The translations under genes and the position numbers were made by a program. A DNA stretch of 64,000 bases. Origin: Oligoflexia bacterium. Its GTDB lineage: Bacteria; Bdellovibrionota; Bdellovibrionia; Bdellovibrionales; Bdellovibrionaceae. Positions 1 to 10,404 of the stretch are shown one piece after another. Every line of letters starts with the position of its first letter. Position 1 is the stretch's first letter. Below the pieces are notes generated by a model. That model had not been told where the DNA came from. It did not search any database and saw only the letters and a list, made by a program, of their open reading frames with translations. The stretch lies in the NCBI GenBank assembly GCA_016861345.1, contig BOLD01000004.1, forward strand, positions 146,177 through 210,176. The letters run 5' to 3'.

Positions 1-2
1 GC

Positions 3-1172
3 TGGCTTGAGAAAAAAAGAGGGCTTTATCCGCGCCCAGAGCGGTCCTTTTATAAGATCAATCGCATCTTACAAGACCACCATATTTTTGTGAAAGGCCT
101 TCGCGACTTCATTCTAAAAGGAAATCAGGTGGTTTTTGTCATTGGGAACCACGACCTTGAACTTCATTTTACTGAGGTTCAGCAAGAAATTTTGCATAAC
201 CTCAGTTTGCCGACCAAGTATGTCTCGCAGGTGAGATTTGCAGATTGGTTTTACATATCAAATCAAGACACGCTCATTGAGCACGGCAATCAATACGACG
301 CCTATTGCACATGCGAAGATCCCATCAATCCATTTATTCAGGGATATAATCACAAGGCCATTCGACTTCCATTTGGAAATCTGGCGACAAGATACATTAT
401 GAATGGACTGGGGTTTTTTAATCCGCATGTTGACTCGAACTACATCATGTCTCTTTCAGAATATGTGCGATTCTTTTTGAAATACATGATCCAGGCACAA
501 CCCGAACTTATTCTTACATGGTTTGTTGGATCTCTATTAACCCTCTGGCGATCGGTTATTGATCGAATGGAGGTTCCCATTCGAGATCCTCTGAAAATCG
601 AAGATCGGGTTAATGCCATTGCTCAAAGATCAAATGCGACACCGAGAATGGTACGAGAATTAAAAGAATTATTTGTTGCGCCAGCAAGTAGTAATCCCCT
701 GCTCATTGCGCGGGAGCTGTGGCTAGATCGAACGTTCATGATTTTTATATCTTTCTTTCTCATTTTTCAGACCTTCTTGTGGATCAAGCAGGTTTTTGAT
801 GTTTCCTTTTTTTGGGCCTTTATTCCGCTCTTTTTACTTCTTCCATTTTTTATGTTTTACAGCAAGTCTGTGACCTCACTTGTTTCCAGCTACAAAGAGC
901 CCGATGAAAGAATTCTTTCAACGGCCGCAGCAATTACGAATGTGAATAGAATTGTCTTTGGTCACACACACAAGGCCCTTCACGAAATGATCGGCCCGGT
1001 TGAGCATTTGAATTCGGGGACTTGGTCCCCTGCTTTCTCTGATGTGGAGTGCACGAAAATGGCCGGACAAAAAACCTTTGTTTGGATTGAGCCTGGGAAT
1101 GAAAATCGAAAGGCGGCATTGATGTATTTTGATGGTTCCGGATCTGAAGAGTTTAAGCGTTCGAGTAGATAA
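3..1172 (+). CDS. Calcineurin-like metallophosphoesterase with an internal hydrophobic segment; 5' end cut by window edge
   Basis: The frame is open from base 3, with no stop upstream of the listed GTG at 90, so the N-terminus lies outside the window. It has the GNHDLE and GHTH phosphoesterase motifs. A long hydrophobic stretch (FMIFISFFLIF...IPLFLLLPFFMFY) lies between them. Confidence 0.7.
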   Translation, partial: WLEKKRGLYPRPERSFYKINRILQDHHIFVKGLRDFILKGNQVVFVIGNHDLELHFTEVQQEILHNLSLPTKYVSQVRFADWFYISNQDTLIEHGNQYDAYCTCEDPINPFIQGYNHKAIRLPFGNLATRYIMNGLGFFNPHVDSNYIMSLSEYVRFFLKYMIQAQPELILTWFVGSLLTLWRSVIDRMEVPIRDPLKIEDRVNAIAQRSNATPRMVRELKELFVAPASSNPLLIARELWLDRTFMIFISFFLIFQTFLWIKQVFDVSFFWAFIPLFLLLPFFMFYSKSVTSLVSSYKEPDERILSTAAAITNVNRIVFGHTHKALHEMIGPVEHLNSGTWSPAFSDVECTKMAGQKTFVWIEPGNENRKAALMYFDGSGSEEFKRSSR

Positions 1173-1259
1173 CAATAATGCGCCGCGTACCGCCAGGGTT
1201 AATTATATTGTATTTAAAGATTCGCTATGACAGGCTTTTTTTCATGGAGGATCAATAAA

Positions 1260-1454
1260 ATGGCAGAGGCACTCGTCGTTACTAGCAAAGTAAAAAAGTT
1301 TATTAAAGAAAAAGGCCAAATGAACACTTCAGCTGAGACTATCGATGTTTTAAGCAAAGCAATCGAACAGCTTTGTTTAAAGGGCATTGAGAATGCAAAG
1401 GCTGACGGTCGTAAGACAGTTATGGCTCGAGATATTAATATTGACCACCTGTAA
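1260..1454 (+). CDS. Bacterial histone-fold DNA-binding protein (Bd0055-like)
   Basis: GGAGG at 1246-1250 lies 9 nt before the ATG at 1260, so the listed 1227 start is probably too long. The 64-aa product MAEALVVTSKVKKFIKEKGQMNTSAETIDVLSKAIEQLCLKGIENAKADGRKTVMARDINIDHL matches, from memory, the histone-fold nucleoid protein of Bdellovibrio. A strong terminator follows. Confidence 0.8.
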   Translation: MAEALVVTSKVKKFIKEKGQMNTSAETIDVLSKAIEQLCLKGIENAKADGRKTVMARDINIDHL

Positions 1455-1488
1455 CGAAGTCATCGATTTATAATCGCAAAAAACACAA

Positions 1489-1525
1489 ACGCAAGTTTAC
1501 TCATCGAGAAACTTGCGTTTTTTTT
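1489..1525 (+). terminator. Rho-independent terminator after the histone-fold gene
   Basis: ACGCAAGTTT (1489-1498) pairs perfectly with AAACTTGCGT (1509-1518), followed by a T-run to 1525. Confidence 0.8.
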
Positions 1526-1549
1526 CGCCTAAAAAAGGATTTAATAGCA

Positions 1550-1960
1550 TTACAGTCCGAGAACTTGATTCAACATCTGATTGTGTGGGCTCTGGGGGCC
1601 GCCGCGAAGAGTTTCAGCTTCGATCACACTGCCATCCGAAAATTGGCAAAAAGTAACAGGCAGAAGATCTGCCGAGCCCTGAAGCGTTGAGCCGCCAGAG
1701 ATTTCGCAATCGGCCGAATTTTTATATGCACGCAAGGCTTCTGAAGTGCGGCCCTCTGTCTGAAACTCAAGAATTGAAAGTGAACCGACAAGAGCTTGTC
1801 CAAACTGGCAGAACGGCAATTTGTCAGATGCTGGTTGCTCAACTGAAATCTCAGTAAAAAGCCCGCTGTTAATTCTGCAAATGCGAATCAGTGGGTTTGA
1901 ATATGCGAAAACCTGAAGCGAGCAGAAAATTGAAATGCAAAAAATTGCGACTGATCTCAT
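1550..1960 (-). CDS. Small secreted protein with two DUF333-like (Cys..GG..FCQF) repeats
   Basis: N-terminal signal peptide MRSVAIFCISIFCSLQVFA. There is an internal duplication: ICRINSG...LPFCQFGQ and CEISGG...VTFCQFSDGS. This resembles the C-x-x-GG ... C-x-F-x-DGS pattern of DUF333 / putative hemolysin proteins, recalled from memory. Confidence 0.5.
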   Translation of the reverse strand: MRSVAIFCISIFCSLQVFAYSNPLIRICRINSGLFTEISVEQPASDKLPFCQFGQALVGSLSILEFQTEGRTSEALRAYKNSADCEISGGSTLQGSADLLPVTFCQFSDGSVIEAETLRGGPQSPHNQMLNQVLGL

Positions 1961-2051
1961 TGGTAAACTCCAAGGAAAAAGTTGTGTCCTTATACCGCCA
2001 GGGCTGGAAAAATGAAAGGCCCCCCAGAGAAAATGGGCTAGTCCGTTGAAT

Positions 2052-4127
<2,076 letters not shown>

Positions 4128-5792
4128 CTATTTTTGCCCCCATTGATCAGCAATCATTTCTGCAAGGGCAGCTATTGTTAGAGAGGGATTCGGTCCCAGT
4201 GAGGTTGGAATAATGCTTGCGTCAACAACGTAAAGGCCGGGATAGTGAAAGACCTCGCCGTGGGTGCTAACAAAACCCGTTTCGTTACTGTCGCCCATTG
4301 GGCAGCCGCCAATAGGATGAACTGCAATAACTTTTTCAAATTGAGAAAGTGGATTTTCAAGAAATTTTCCGCCAAGCCCCTCGGCAATTTTACTCATTTC
4401 ATTTCTCACGCGCTGATAATGCAGTTCGCTGGGGGCGAGATCCCACCGCACAACAGCTTTGTTTTCTCTATTGAGAACAACTTCGCCCGTTGAGCGATCG
4501 CGACCCATGCCCAAAAGGACCATGGCTCGGTTGACAAAGTCTCCGGCATCAATCGCCTGGGCAAAATAGTTTCCGATATTATCTTCTCCACGAGGGCGGC
4601 TTTTCCCAAAAATTTTAAGAATAAAATTTCGGACATAATGCCAACCCAGTGCGAGCTGATGAAGCAGACTTTTTGGTTGCGGCACCTTGCCAGATAAGTA
4701 CCAGGCCATGCCAATTGGAAATCCAGCATCTTGAATGTAACAAGTATGAGCAAATCCATCTGGATATGCAGAGTAGGGATAATGAATGGCTGAAGTAATC
4801 ACTGGGCCGTTCGTGGGATCAAGAAATTGATCTGAATCCAACACCGTGCCCTCAAGGTCGCCGTTGCCGCACCATTTTTTGCCCAACCAGCGATTGAGCT
4901 CAGGAAGATGCTTTGCCTTTTTCATTTTAAGTAAAAGCTCTGTTGAGCCCAGGGAGCCAGCAGATAGAACGACCCGCTTTGATCGCAGAGTTTTAACATC
5001 TGATGGGTTTCGCGGATCAAAATATTGAACCAAATATCCATCTTGATCTGGGCGAATCAATGCGACCTCGCTGTGGGTTTTTATTTCAAGAGGATGTTTC
5101 AGGTCTTTATTGTTTTGGGCACGGAAGAGATAATTTAAATCCAATGTGTTTTTTGCATGAATATTACATCCTAGGTCACACTCGCCACACTTTGTACATT
5201 TTGATTGGATTGCCCCATGTATGTTGGTTGTTTGATGACCTGGAAAATCTCCTTTAAAGCGAATGGCCAAGTTGGGACGTAAATACTCTGGTCGACCGGT
5301 GGCATCTGCAGCGGCATTGAGCTGATTGCCCAGTTTTTTAAAGGCCTGTGCCTTTGGCGTGTTGGAATAATATTCATCTTCGCTCAGTGGATAGGGCGAA
5401 GCTTCGAGCATTTTTAATACACGGTCGTAGTAGGGATCAAGTTTTTGTCGAGAAATACCGCCTGGCCAATCTTTAAAATTTTCCTCAGGCATGGGCATCA
5501 GAACATTTGCATAAATCAGGCTCCCGCCGCCAAGCCCACTTGCCGAGACCGTCATGACATCGCTGTCTTCATAGTCCCGCATTTCCATTAAGCCATATTT
5601 CTGATCTTCGGTATCCCAGAACATTTTCTCGCGAATTTCATGTATACGACGAGGAAACTCAAGCATGCCCCAGCGCTGGCCACGCTCAAGCAGACAAACG
5701 TGATAACCCTTCTCAACTAAGCGAAGGCTCATGACCGAGCCCCCGAATCCGGAGCCAACGACAATAACATCATAATCAAAATTGGTTTTCAT
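4128..5792 (-). CDS. GMC-family FAD-dependent oxidoreductase (cholesterol-oxidase-like)
   Basis: It has the DVIVVGSGFGGS dinucleotide-binding motif and the C-terminal GMC signature region (HPIGGCPMG ... GLYVVDASIIP). I chose the Met at 5792 because AAGGA lies 5 nt upstream and this start avoids overlap with the upstream stop at 5801. Confidence 0.9.
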   Translation of the reverse strand: MKTNFDYDVIVVGSGFGGSVMSLRLVEKGYHVCLLERGQRWGMLEFPRRIHEIREKMFWDTEDQKYGLMEMRDYEDSDVMTVSASGLGGGSLIYANVLMPMPEENFKDWPGGISRQKLDPYYDRVLKMLEASPYPLSEDEYYSNTPKAQAFKKLGNQLNAAADATGRPEYLRPNLAIRFKGDFPGHQTTNIHGAIQSKCTKCGECDLGCNIHAKNTLDLNYLFRAQNNKDLKHPLEIKTHSEVALIRPDQDGYLVQYFDPRNPSDVKTLRSKRVVLSAGSLGSTELLLKMKKAKHLPELNRWLGKKWCGNGDLEGTVLDSDQFLDPTNGPVITSAIHYPYSAYPDGFAHTCYIQDAGFPIGMAWYLSGKVPQPKSLLHQLALGWHYVRNFILKIFGKSRPRGEDNIGNYFAQAIDAGDFVNRAMVLLGMGRDRSTGEVVLNRENKAVVRWDLAPSELHYQRVRNEMSKIAEGLGGKFLENPLSQFEKVIAVHPIGGCPMGDSNETGFVSTHGEVFHYPGLYVVDASIIPTSLGPNPSLTIAALAEMIADQWGQK

Positions 5793-5800
5793 AATCATCC

Positions 5801-6895
5801 TTACGAGATGCAAAGTTTATATTGTGGTAAAATTTGGTGTACGATTTTAAAGCGATGAAAAATAAGAGCATCGTGTGAAAGCTTCCAGTGAGAACTTAAA
5901 AACTCGTCTGTGTAAGCGAGATCGGCAAAAGAAAAATCGCCATCATCGGTGATGCCAAAACATTCTCGAGTCCAGCAGGAGCTGCCATCACAAGAATAAG
6001 TCCAAGGATCTTTTCCAAACGAAAACCCGCCGCTCTGGATTGCTGATCGCCAAAGCTGAAGTCTCTCCAGACCGTCTACATGCTGGATTTCTCTCAGAAG
6101 AGTTTTAATTTTCTGTTTGTCTTCATCAGAAATCTTGGCAACAGGCAGCCCATGCTCCTGGCGAAGCTGAATCAAAAAACCGAGAATGTGCTCTGCGGCC
6201 TCAAAATATTCGCTTGGATTATCTCTGAAGATTACATTTCCTTGCCAGTCTTTATATCCCCAGCGCAAAAAGGCTTGGTCCGGATAACTGAGCACGGGCC
6301 CGTGGCCAATGGGATTTATTTCAGAGACACCTTGAGAAAGAAAATATGCAAAGATCTTATTCCACAGCTTTTTCCACCAGGGATTTTGCTCTTCAAAATA
6401 TTTTTTTCGATGTTTCATTTTCTCAGCATCAATATTTCCGACCTCATCATAGATCTCAATCGCGACGTTTCGATCAGACGTTGTTCCCGAAAACCCCTGA
6501 TGGGCCCATGTGTCTGCATAGGCATGAAGGGTAACTCCGAGCAAATAAAGACCGATGGGCTGGCGCAGGTAAGGGGTCATTTCTCGAAGCATATGTTGAG
6601 CAATTATGCTATTGGGCCGGCAGATGAGCGGAGAAGTGCTTTCTCCGCTGGGTAAAAAATGAAAGGGAATCCAAACTCGGTGATTCGCCAGCTCTTGAAA
6701 GTTTCTATAATCTAAATGCCTGTGAGCCGAGGCAATAAATTCGTAAAGGTAGTCATTATCAAAATACAGAACCCCACTGTGAACCGCATCATCAACAAAC
6801 TGGGAACTTCCGGCAATGATGTTTGCTTCACGAGAATCAAAGCCCGCCATTCGGCAAAGGATGTAGGTCACGCCAAGATGAAAATCTATTTGCAT
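5801..6895 (-). CDS. Conserved hypothetical His-rich protein (possible metal-dependent hydrolase fold)
   Basis: A 364-aa ORF overlapping the upstream gene by 10 nt. Conserved-looking His/Asp clusters are present (FHLGVTY, DDAVHSG, SAHRHLD, HAYADTWAHQGFSG). I cannot name a family. Confidence 0.7.
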   Translation of the reverse strand: MQIDFHLGVTYILCRMAGFDSREANIIAGSSQFVDDAVHSGVLYFDNDYLYEFIASAHRHLDYRNFQELANHRVWIPFHFLPSGESTSPLICRPNSIIAQHMLREMTPYLRQPIGLYLLGVTLHAYADTWAHQGFSGTTSDRNVAIEIYDEVGNIDAEKMKHRKKYFEEQNPWWKKLWNKIFAYFLSQGVSEINPIGHGPVLSYPDQAFLRWGYKDWQGNVIFRDNPSEYFEAAEHILGFLIQLRQEHGLPVAKISDEDKQKIKTLLREIQHVDGLERLQLWRSAIQSGGFSFGKDPWTYSCDGSSCWTRECFGITDDGDFSFADLAYTDEFLSSHWKLSHDALIFHRFKIVHQILPQYKLCIS

Positions 6896-8637
6896 AAGTG
6901 ATCACCTGTTTTTAGAAATCGAACAAGAGTTGGATAATAATCAAGATGGGCTCGTTTGCCCATAAAGACATCTTGATGTCCGTATCCCGGCAACTCAAAA
7001 TATTTAATTTTAGGCAAATGATCTTTCAAACGATGATAAGTTTCTTTGTTCGATCCAGGGAAAATTAAATTCTCAGCGCCGCTGGTGAGCAAAATGGCGA
7101 CATCTTTTTTGCTTTTCATTTCTTCAAAATAATCAACCTCTTTTGGGTTGTCCGAGTAGCTCACAGATTTTCCTCGGGAAATCATTTTGCGAATATGGCG
7201 ATAATAGTGAAAGCTTGTTCCCCCAAATAAATCATGCAGCCTTCGGTGAGTAGTGGTGTGCATGTTCTCGTGCTTGTAGGCAACTGGATATCCCCAGCCC
7301 CACATGATACTCAACATGTGGCAAGATGGCTCCCGGCACTCCCACCGAAAAATGCGGGAGATCCAATAAATCCATTTTCCAAACCGAAAGCCAGAGAAAT
7401 ACGGCATTTGTGGACTGATGTAGGGATATCCAAAGATATTTTGAAAAAGAAAGGGGCCAATAAGCAACTTCAGAAATGCAATTGTTCCCGTTTTTGGATT
7501 CAACGATACGCTGTTGGACACGATCTTTGAGACACCAGTTGTGTACCCCGCAGCTATTGAGCTCATCACAGAAACAGATCCCAAGCAGTGGCAAATAATA
7601 TTAATCTCAACCCGTTCGCCAAGTGTCTTGCGGATATAATTGACGGCAGCCGGAATATCATATTTTGCAACATGATCAAGAGTGAACTTGTGCGGAGCCA
7701 GATTATAAACAAATCTGGAGCTTCCTCTCCAGTCCAGTGACCAGACATCCGTAAAACCATTTTGGTGAAGATGATTTACTAAATTATTTATCTCTGGAAG
7801 TATAAAAATATCTGTTGAAACAGCCAAGCCATGAACAAGTAAGACAACCTTTTGTGAATCCAACGCCTTAAAGCGCTGCAAAGAAATGGTTAGATTGTCT
7901 TCTGTATCGATGGGAATCAGCTCCTTTGTTCCTTGTAAAACCCCAAGAGTTGTATTCACAGGATAGCGATGATCATTCCAGCGCTCTGCAGTCGTGCCAA
8001 AGAAAAAGGGAGCGTGCGCCTCCCAGAGGTTTTTCGAGAAAAATTTGATAAACGAAAGAAAGGCCTCGGATTCGAACAGATTTTCGTTGTCAGAGGCTTC
8101 GAACGAGGCGAGTTGTTTAAGGAAGTCAGCGACAGATATAAAAAGCATGCCGACGTGGGTCGGCCGAGAATTATTGAAGTCACTCTTCTGAAGATGACCA
8201 CGGAAAATATAAAAGTACAGGGTTGTGGTTTCCTGCCAAGACTCAAGAGCATCTTCTTTTTCGATATTTTTATACCCATAAAAAGTGTTTGGCTGACCAG
8301 CACTATCATTAAAATGAAGAAGGTAGTGCATTTCTTTAGCTGTATTGAGATCCTGACTTATAGAGGGGCGGACAAATAAATTAAAAACTCCGTCGGTGAT
8401 TTCACAAGAGCCTTTGAAAATATTAGACACAATGTTTCCGCTGGCTGTTGCTTGGCAGTTCGGATCAGCAATAAAGCTCTCGACGTCTTTTATGTCGATT
8501 GTGAGTGTGAACTCAAAGTCCTCTCGGTAGCCGTCTTCAACAAGATCTTGGAACTCTCTATTTTTTGTTGGAACTAAATTTTGGTCAAATCGGACGCAAT
8601 GTCCGGCCATACGTTCTGTAAATTTAAGTGTTGTCAA
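6886..8637 (-). CDS. Alpha/beta-hydrolase fold protein with an N-terminal unknown domain; nucleophile elbow reads CHCLGS
   Basis: VVLLVHGLAVSTDIF (oxyanion-type HG) is followed about 80 aa later by IICHCLGSV, with a late GYGHQD (His). Its start overlaps the kinase stop by 4 nt. Confidence 0.8.
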   Translation of the reverse strand: MTTLKFTERMAGHCVRFDQNLVPTKNREFQDLVEDGYREDFEFTLTIDIKDVESFIADPNCQATASGNIVSNIFKGSCEITDGVFNLFVRPSISQDLNTAKEMHYLLHFNDSAGQPNTFYGYKNIEKEDALESWQETTTLYFYIFRGHLQKSDFNNSRPTHVGMLFISVADFLKQLASFEASDNENLFESEAFLSFIKFFSKNLWEAHAPFFFGTTAERWNDHRYPVNTTLGVLQGTKELIPIDTEDNLTISLQRFKALDSQKVVLLVHGLAVSTDIFILPEINNLVNHLHQNGFTDVWSLDWRGSSRFVYNLAPHKFTLDHVAKYDIPAAVNYIRKTLGERVEINIICHCLGSVSVMSSIAAGYTTGVSKIVSNSVSLNPKTGTIAFLKLLIGPFLFQNIFGYPYISPQMPYFSGFRFGKWIYWISRIFRWECREPSCHMLSIMWGWGYPVAYKHENMHTTTHRRLHDLFGGTSFHYYRHIRKMISRGKSVSYSDNPKEVDYFEEMKSKKDVAILLTSGAENLIFPGSNKETYHRLKDHLPKIKYFELPGYGHQDVFMGKRAHLDYYPTLVRFLKTGDHLCK

Positions 8638-9929
8638 TATGTAGAATCCTCTTGTGGTGATATTGTTGTTGGAAAGCGAACCTCAACCTCAGTTCCAGAT
8701 TTTTGTTTGTCAAAATTCTGAGTTGTTGAATTGATTTTGACTTCGCCCCCCATTTTTTCAATAAACTCTTTCGCAAGTGGCATACCATAGCCAGTACCCT
8801 TTTCCCCATCAGTTCCCGGGCGGGATGTAGGATAGCAGATATCCCACACTTTCTCTAAAATTGACTCCGGGATGCCAACCCCATAGTCACGAATTCGAAT
8901 AACGACGTCTTTACCATCTTGTCGGTAGTCGACATCAATTGTGCTATTATGCGCTGAAAATTTCATGGCATTGGTCAGGAAATTTGCAAGTATGATATTG
9001 CAAAAGGCGACCTCATCCCCCTTTATCCAATGGCTTTTTTGATCTGTAGAAACATTAAAACGTATATTTTTTAACTCAGCCTTTGCTTCAAGAATGGATA
9101 GAAGCGAGTTGAGGCACGAGTTCACACTTATTGGTTCAAGATTGAGCTGAGCCTTTCCGTCGCGAACCGACTTAAAAACTCGAACTTGTTCAAGTATGCG
9201 CCCTATGGACTCCAATGAGCGGCGCAGCCTTCCGGCCGCAAGCCGCTGCTTCTCAGGTGATGCCGCTGTGTCACCGAGTTGCTGTAGACTTAGCGCAGAT
9301 ACGGAAATCGGGGTGGCGATGTCATGCATAACCACGCGAAGAAGATTTTCAATTTCATGTCCATACTTTCTGAGCTGCTCTCTGGACTTCTGCTCGCTAG
9401 AAATAAAGTATTGTACCGTTAAAATAATATACATTGAAAATGTCATTACGTTCACGGTTCGCTCTACACGGTAGGCCTCTTCTGTAAGATGTATTGCTCC
9501 ATTGATCCCTGACAGCTCAAGAATTTTATAAAGAATAAGAACGGCGACGAGATAAGCAGATCCGAAAACCCCACCCCATCGACCGAGAACGATTCCAAAA
9601 GTGATAGGAACTGCGAAGATCCAAAGAACGCCAGGGGCCTGTATCCCACCAGACTCAAAAAGCATGATACTGAGAATGATCGTTGGTAGCAAAACGCAGG
9701 GAAGAGCAATTTTGTAATAATCCTTTTGAATTTTACACCAAAATGGGATTGTGACAAAGGCGACAAATAGAGGATAAAGGACCAAATATGAATTCTGAAA
9801 GCCATATTGGATATTATTTTTTATAAAATAAAAGGGAATTATAATTACGCAGATATAGTAAAAAAGACGCAAATATTTAATTCGCGCAAGGGTTAGTTCT
9901 GAATTATGAGTCGTCTCAAAGTTAAACAT
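8634..9929 (-). CDS. Membrane sensor histidine kinase
   Basis: There are about six N-terminal hydrophobic helices. The kinase motifs are the H-box VMHDIATPIS, N-box NFLTNAMKFS, G1 RDYGVGIP and G2 GTGYGMPLA. Confidence 0.9.
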   Translation of the reverse strand: MFNFETTHNSELTLARIKYLRLFYYICVIIIPFYFIKNNIQYGFQNSYLVLYPLFVAFVTIPFWCKIQKDYYKIALPCVLLPTIILSIMLFESGGIQAPGVLWIFAVPITFGIVLGRWGGVFGSAYLVAVLILYKILELSGINGAIHLTEEAYRVERTVNVMTFSMYIILTVQYFISSEQKSREQLRKYGHEIENLLRVVMHDIATPISVSALSLQQLGDTAASPEKQRLAAGRLRRSLESIGRILEQVRVFKSVRDGKAQLNLEPISVNSCLNSLLSILEAKAELKNIRFNVSTDQKSHWIKGDEVAFCNIILANFLTNAMKFSAHNSTIDVDYRQDGKDVVIRIRDYGVGIPESILEKVWDICYPTSRPGTDGEKGTGYGMPLAKEFIEKMGGEVKINSTTQNFDKQKSGTEVEVRFPTTISPQEDSTY

Positions 9930-10121
9930 GAACCCATCCCGCTTTGCTTTATTCTTATGGACTTTTAATGCATTTGCAAGAAAGTGCCGAAATATTATTC
10001 AAGTAATACGCTTCAGAATGAGACTGGACCAAAGGATGTCTCAAAGCGAATATCGAGTCGAGTAATTGAATGTCTAACCTTGAAACGCTAAATTATTTGA
10101 GACAGTGTCGGGGAGCTCTCT

Positions 10122-10403
10122 ATGGTTGATTTAAAAACGATTCGAAAAATTGCGAAATTATCTATGATCGAAATGAGCGAAAATGAAGAGGCAGACTTTT
10201 CATCTCAGCTTTCAAAGGCAATCGAATATTTCAATCAAGTTTCTGAAGTGGACACGAAGAATGTTGATCCTATGACGACGCCAACGGAGATTGTACCGCA
10301 CTACAGAGAGGATGTTCCTGCTCAGGTGGTGTCTCCAGAGGAAATACTTGCGATCGCTCCAGAGCGGACGGGCAATTTGTACACTGTGCCGCCGGTGGTG
10401 TGA
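10122..10403 (+). CDS. gatC: Glu/Asp-tRNA amidotransferase subunit C
   Basis: 93 aa with GatC-like sequence (IAKLSMIEMSENEEADFSSQL ... PMTTP). It sits directly upstream of gatA and gatB. Confidence 0.93.
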   Translation: MVDLKTIRKIAKLSMIEMSENEEADFSSQLSKAIEYFNQVSEVDTKNVDPMTTPTEIVPHYREDVPAQVVSPEEILAIAPERTGNLYTVPPVV

Positions 10404-10404
10404 C

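Noticed and set aside
6080-6655. A 191-aa plus-strand ORF inside the His-rich protein gene
   Set aside because: It is the antisense shadow of a gene that sits in a tightly overlapped operon. It has no motifs and no SD.
10291-10404. An N-terminal extension of gatA starting at 10291
   Set aside because: It would overlap most of gatC in another frame and encodes an implausible Cys/Arg/Trp-rich leader. The ATG at 10405 right after the gatC stop gives a canonical GatA N-terminus.
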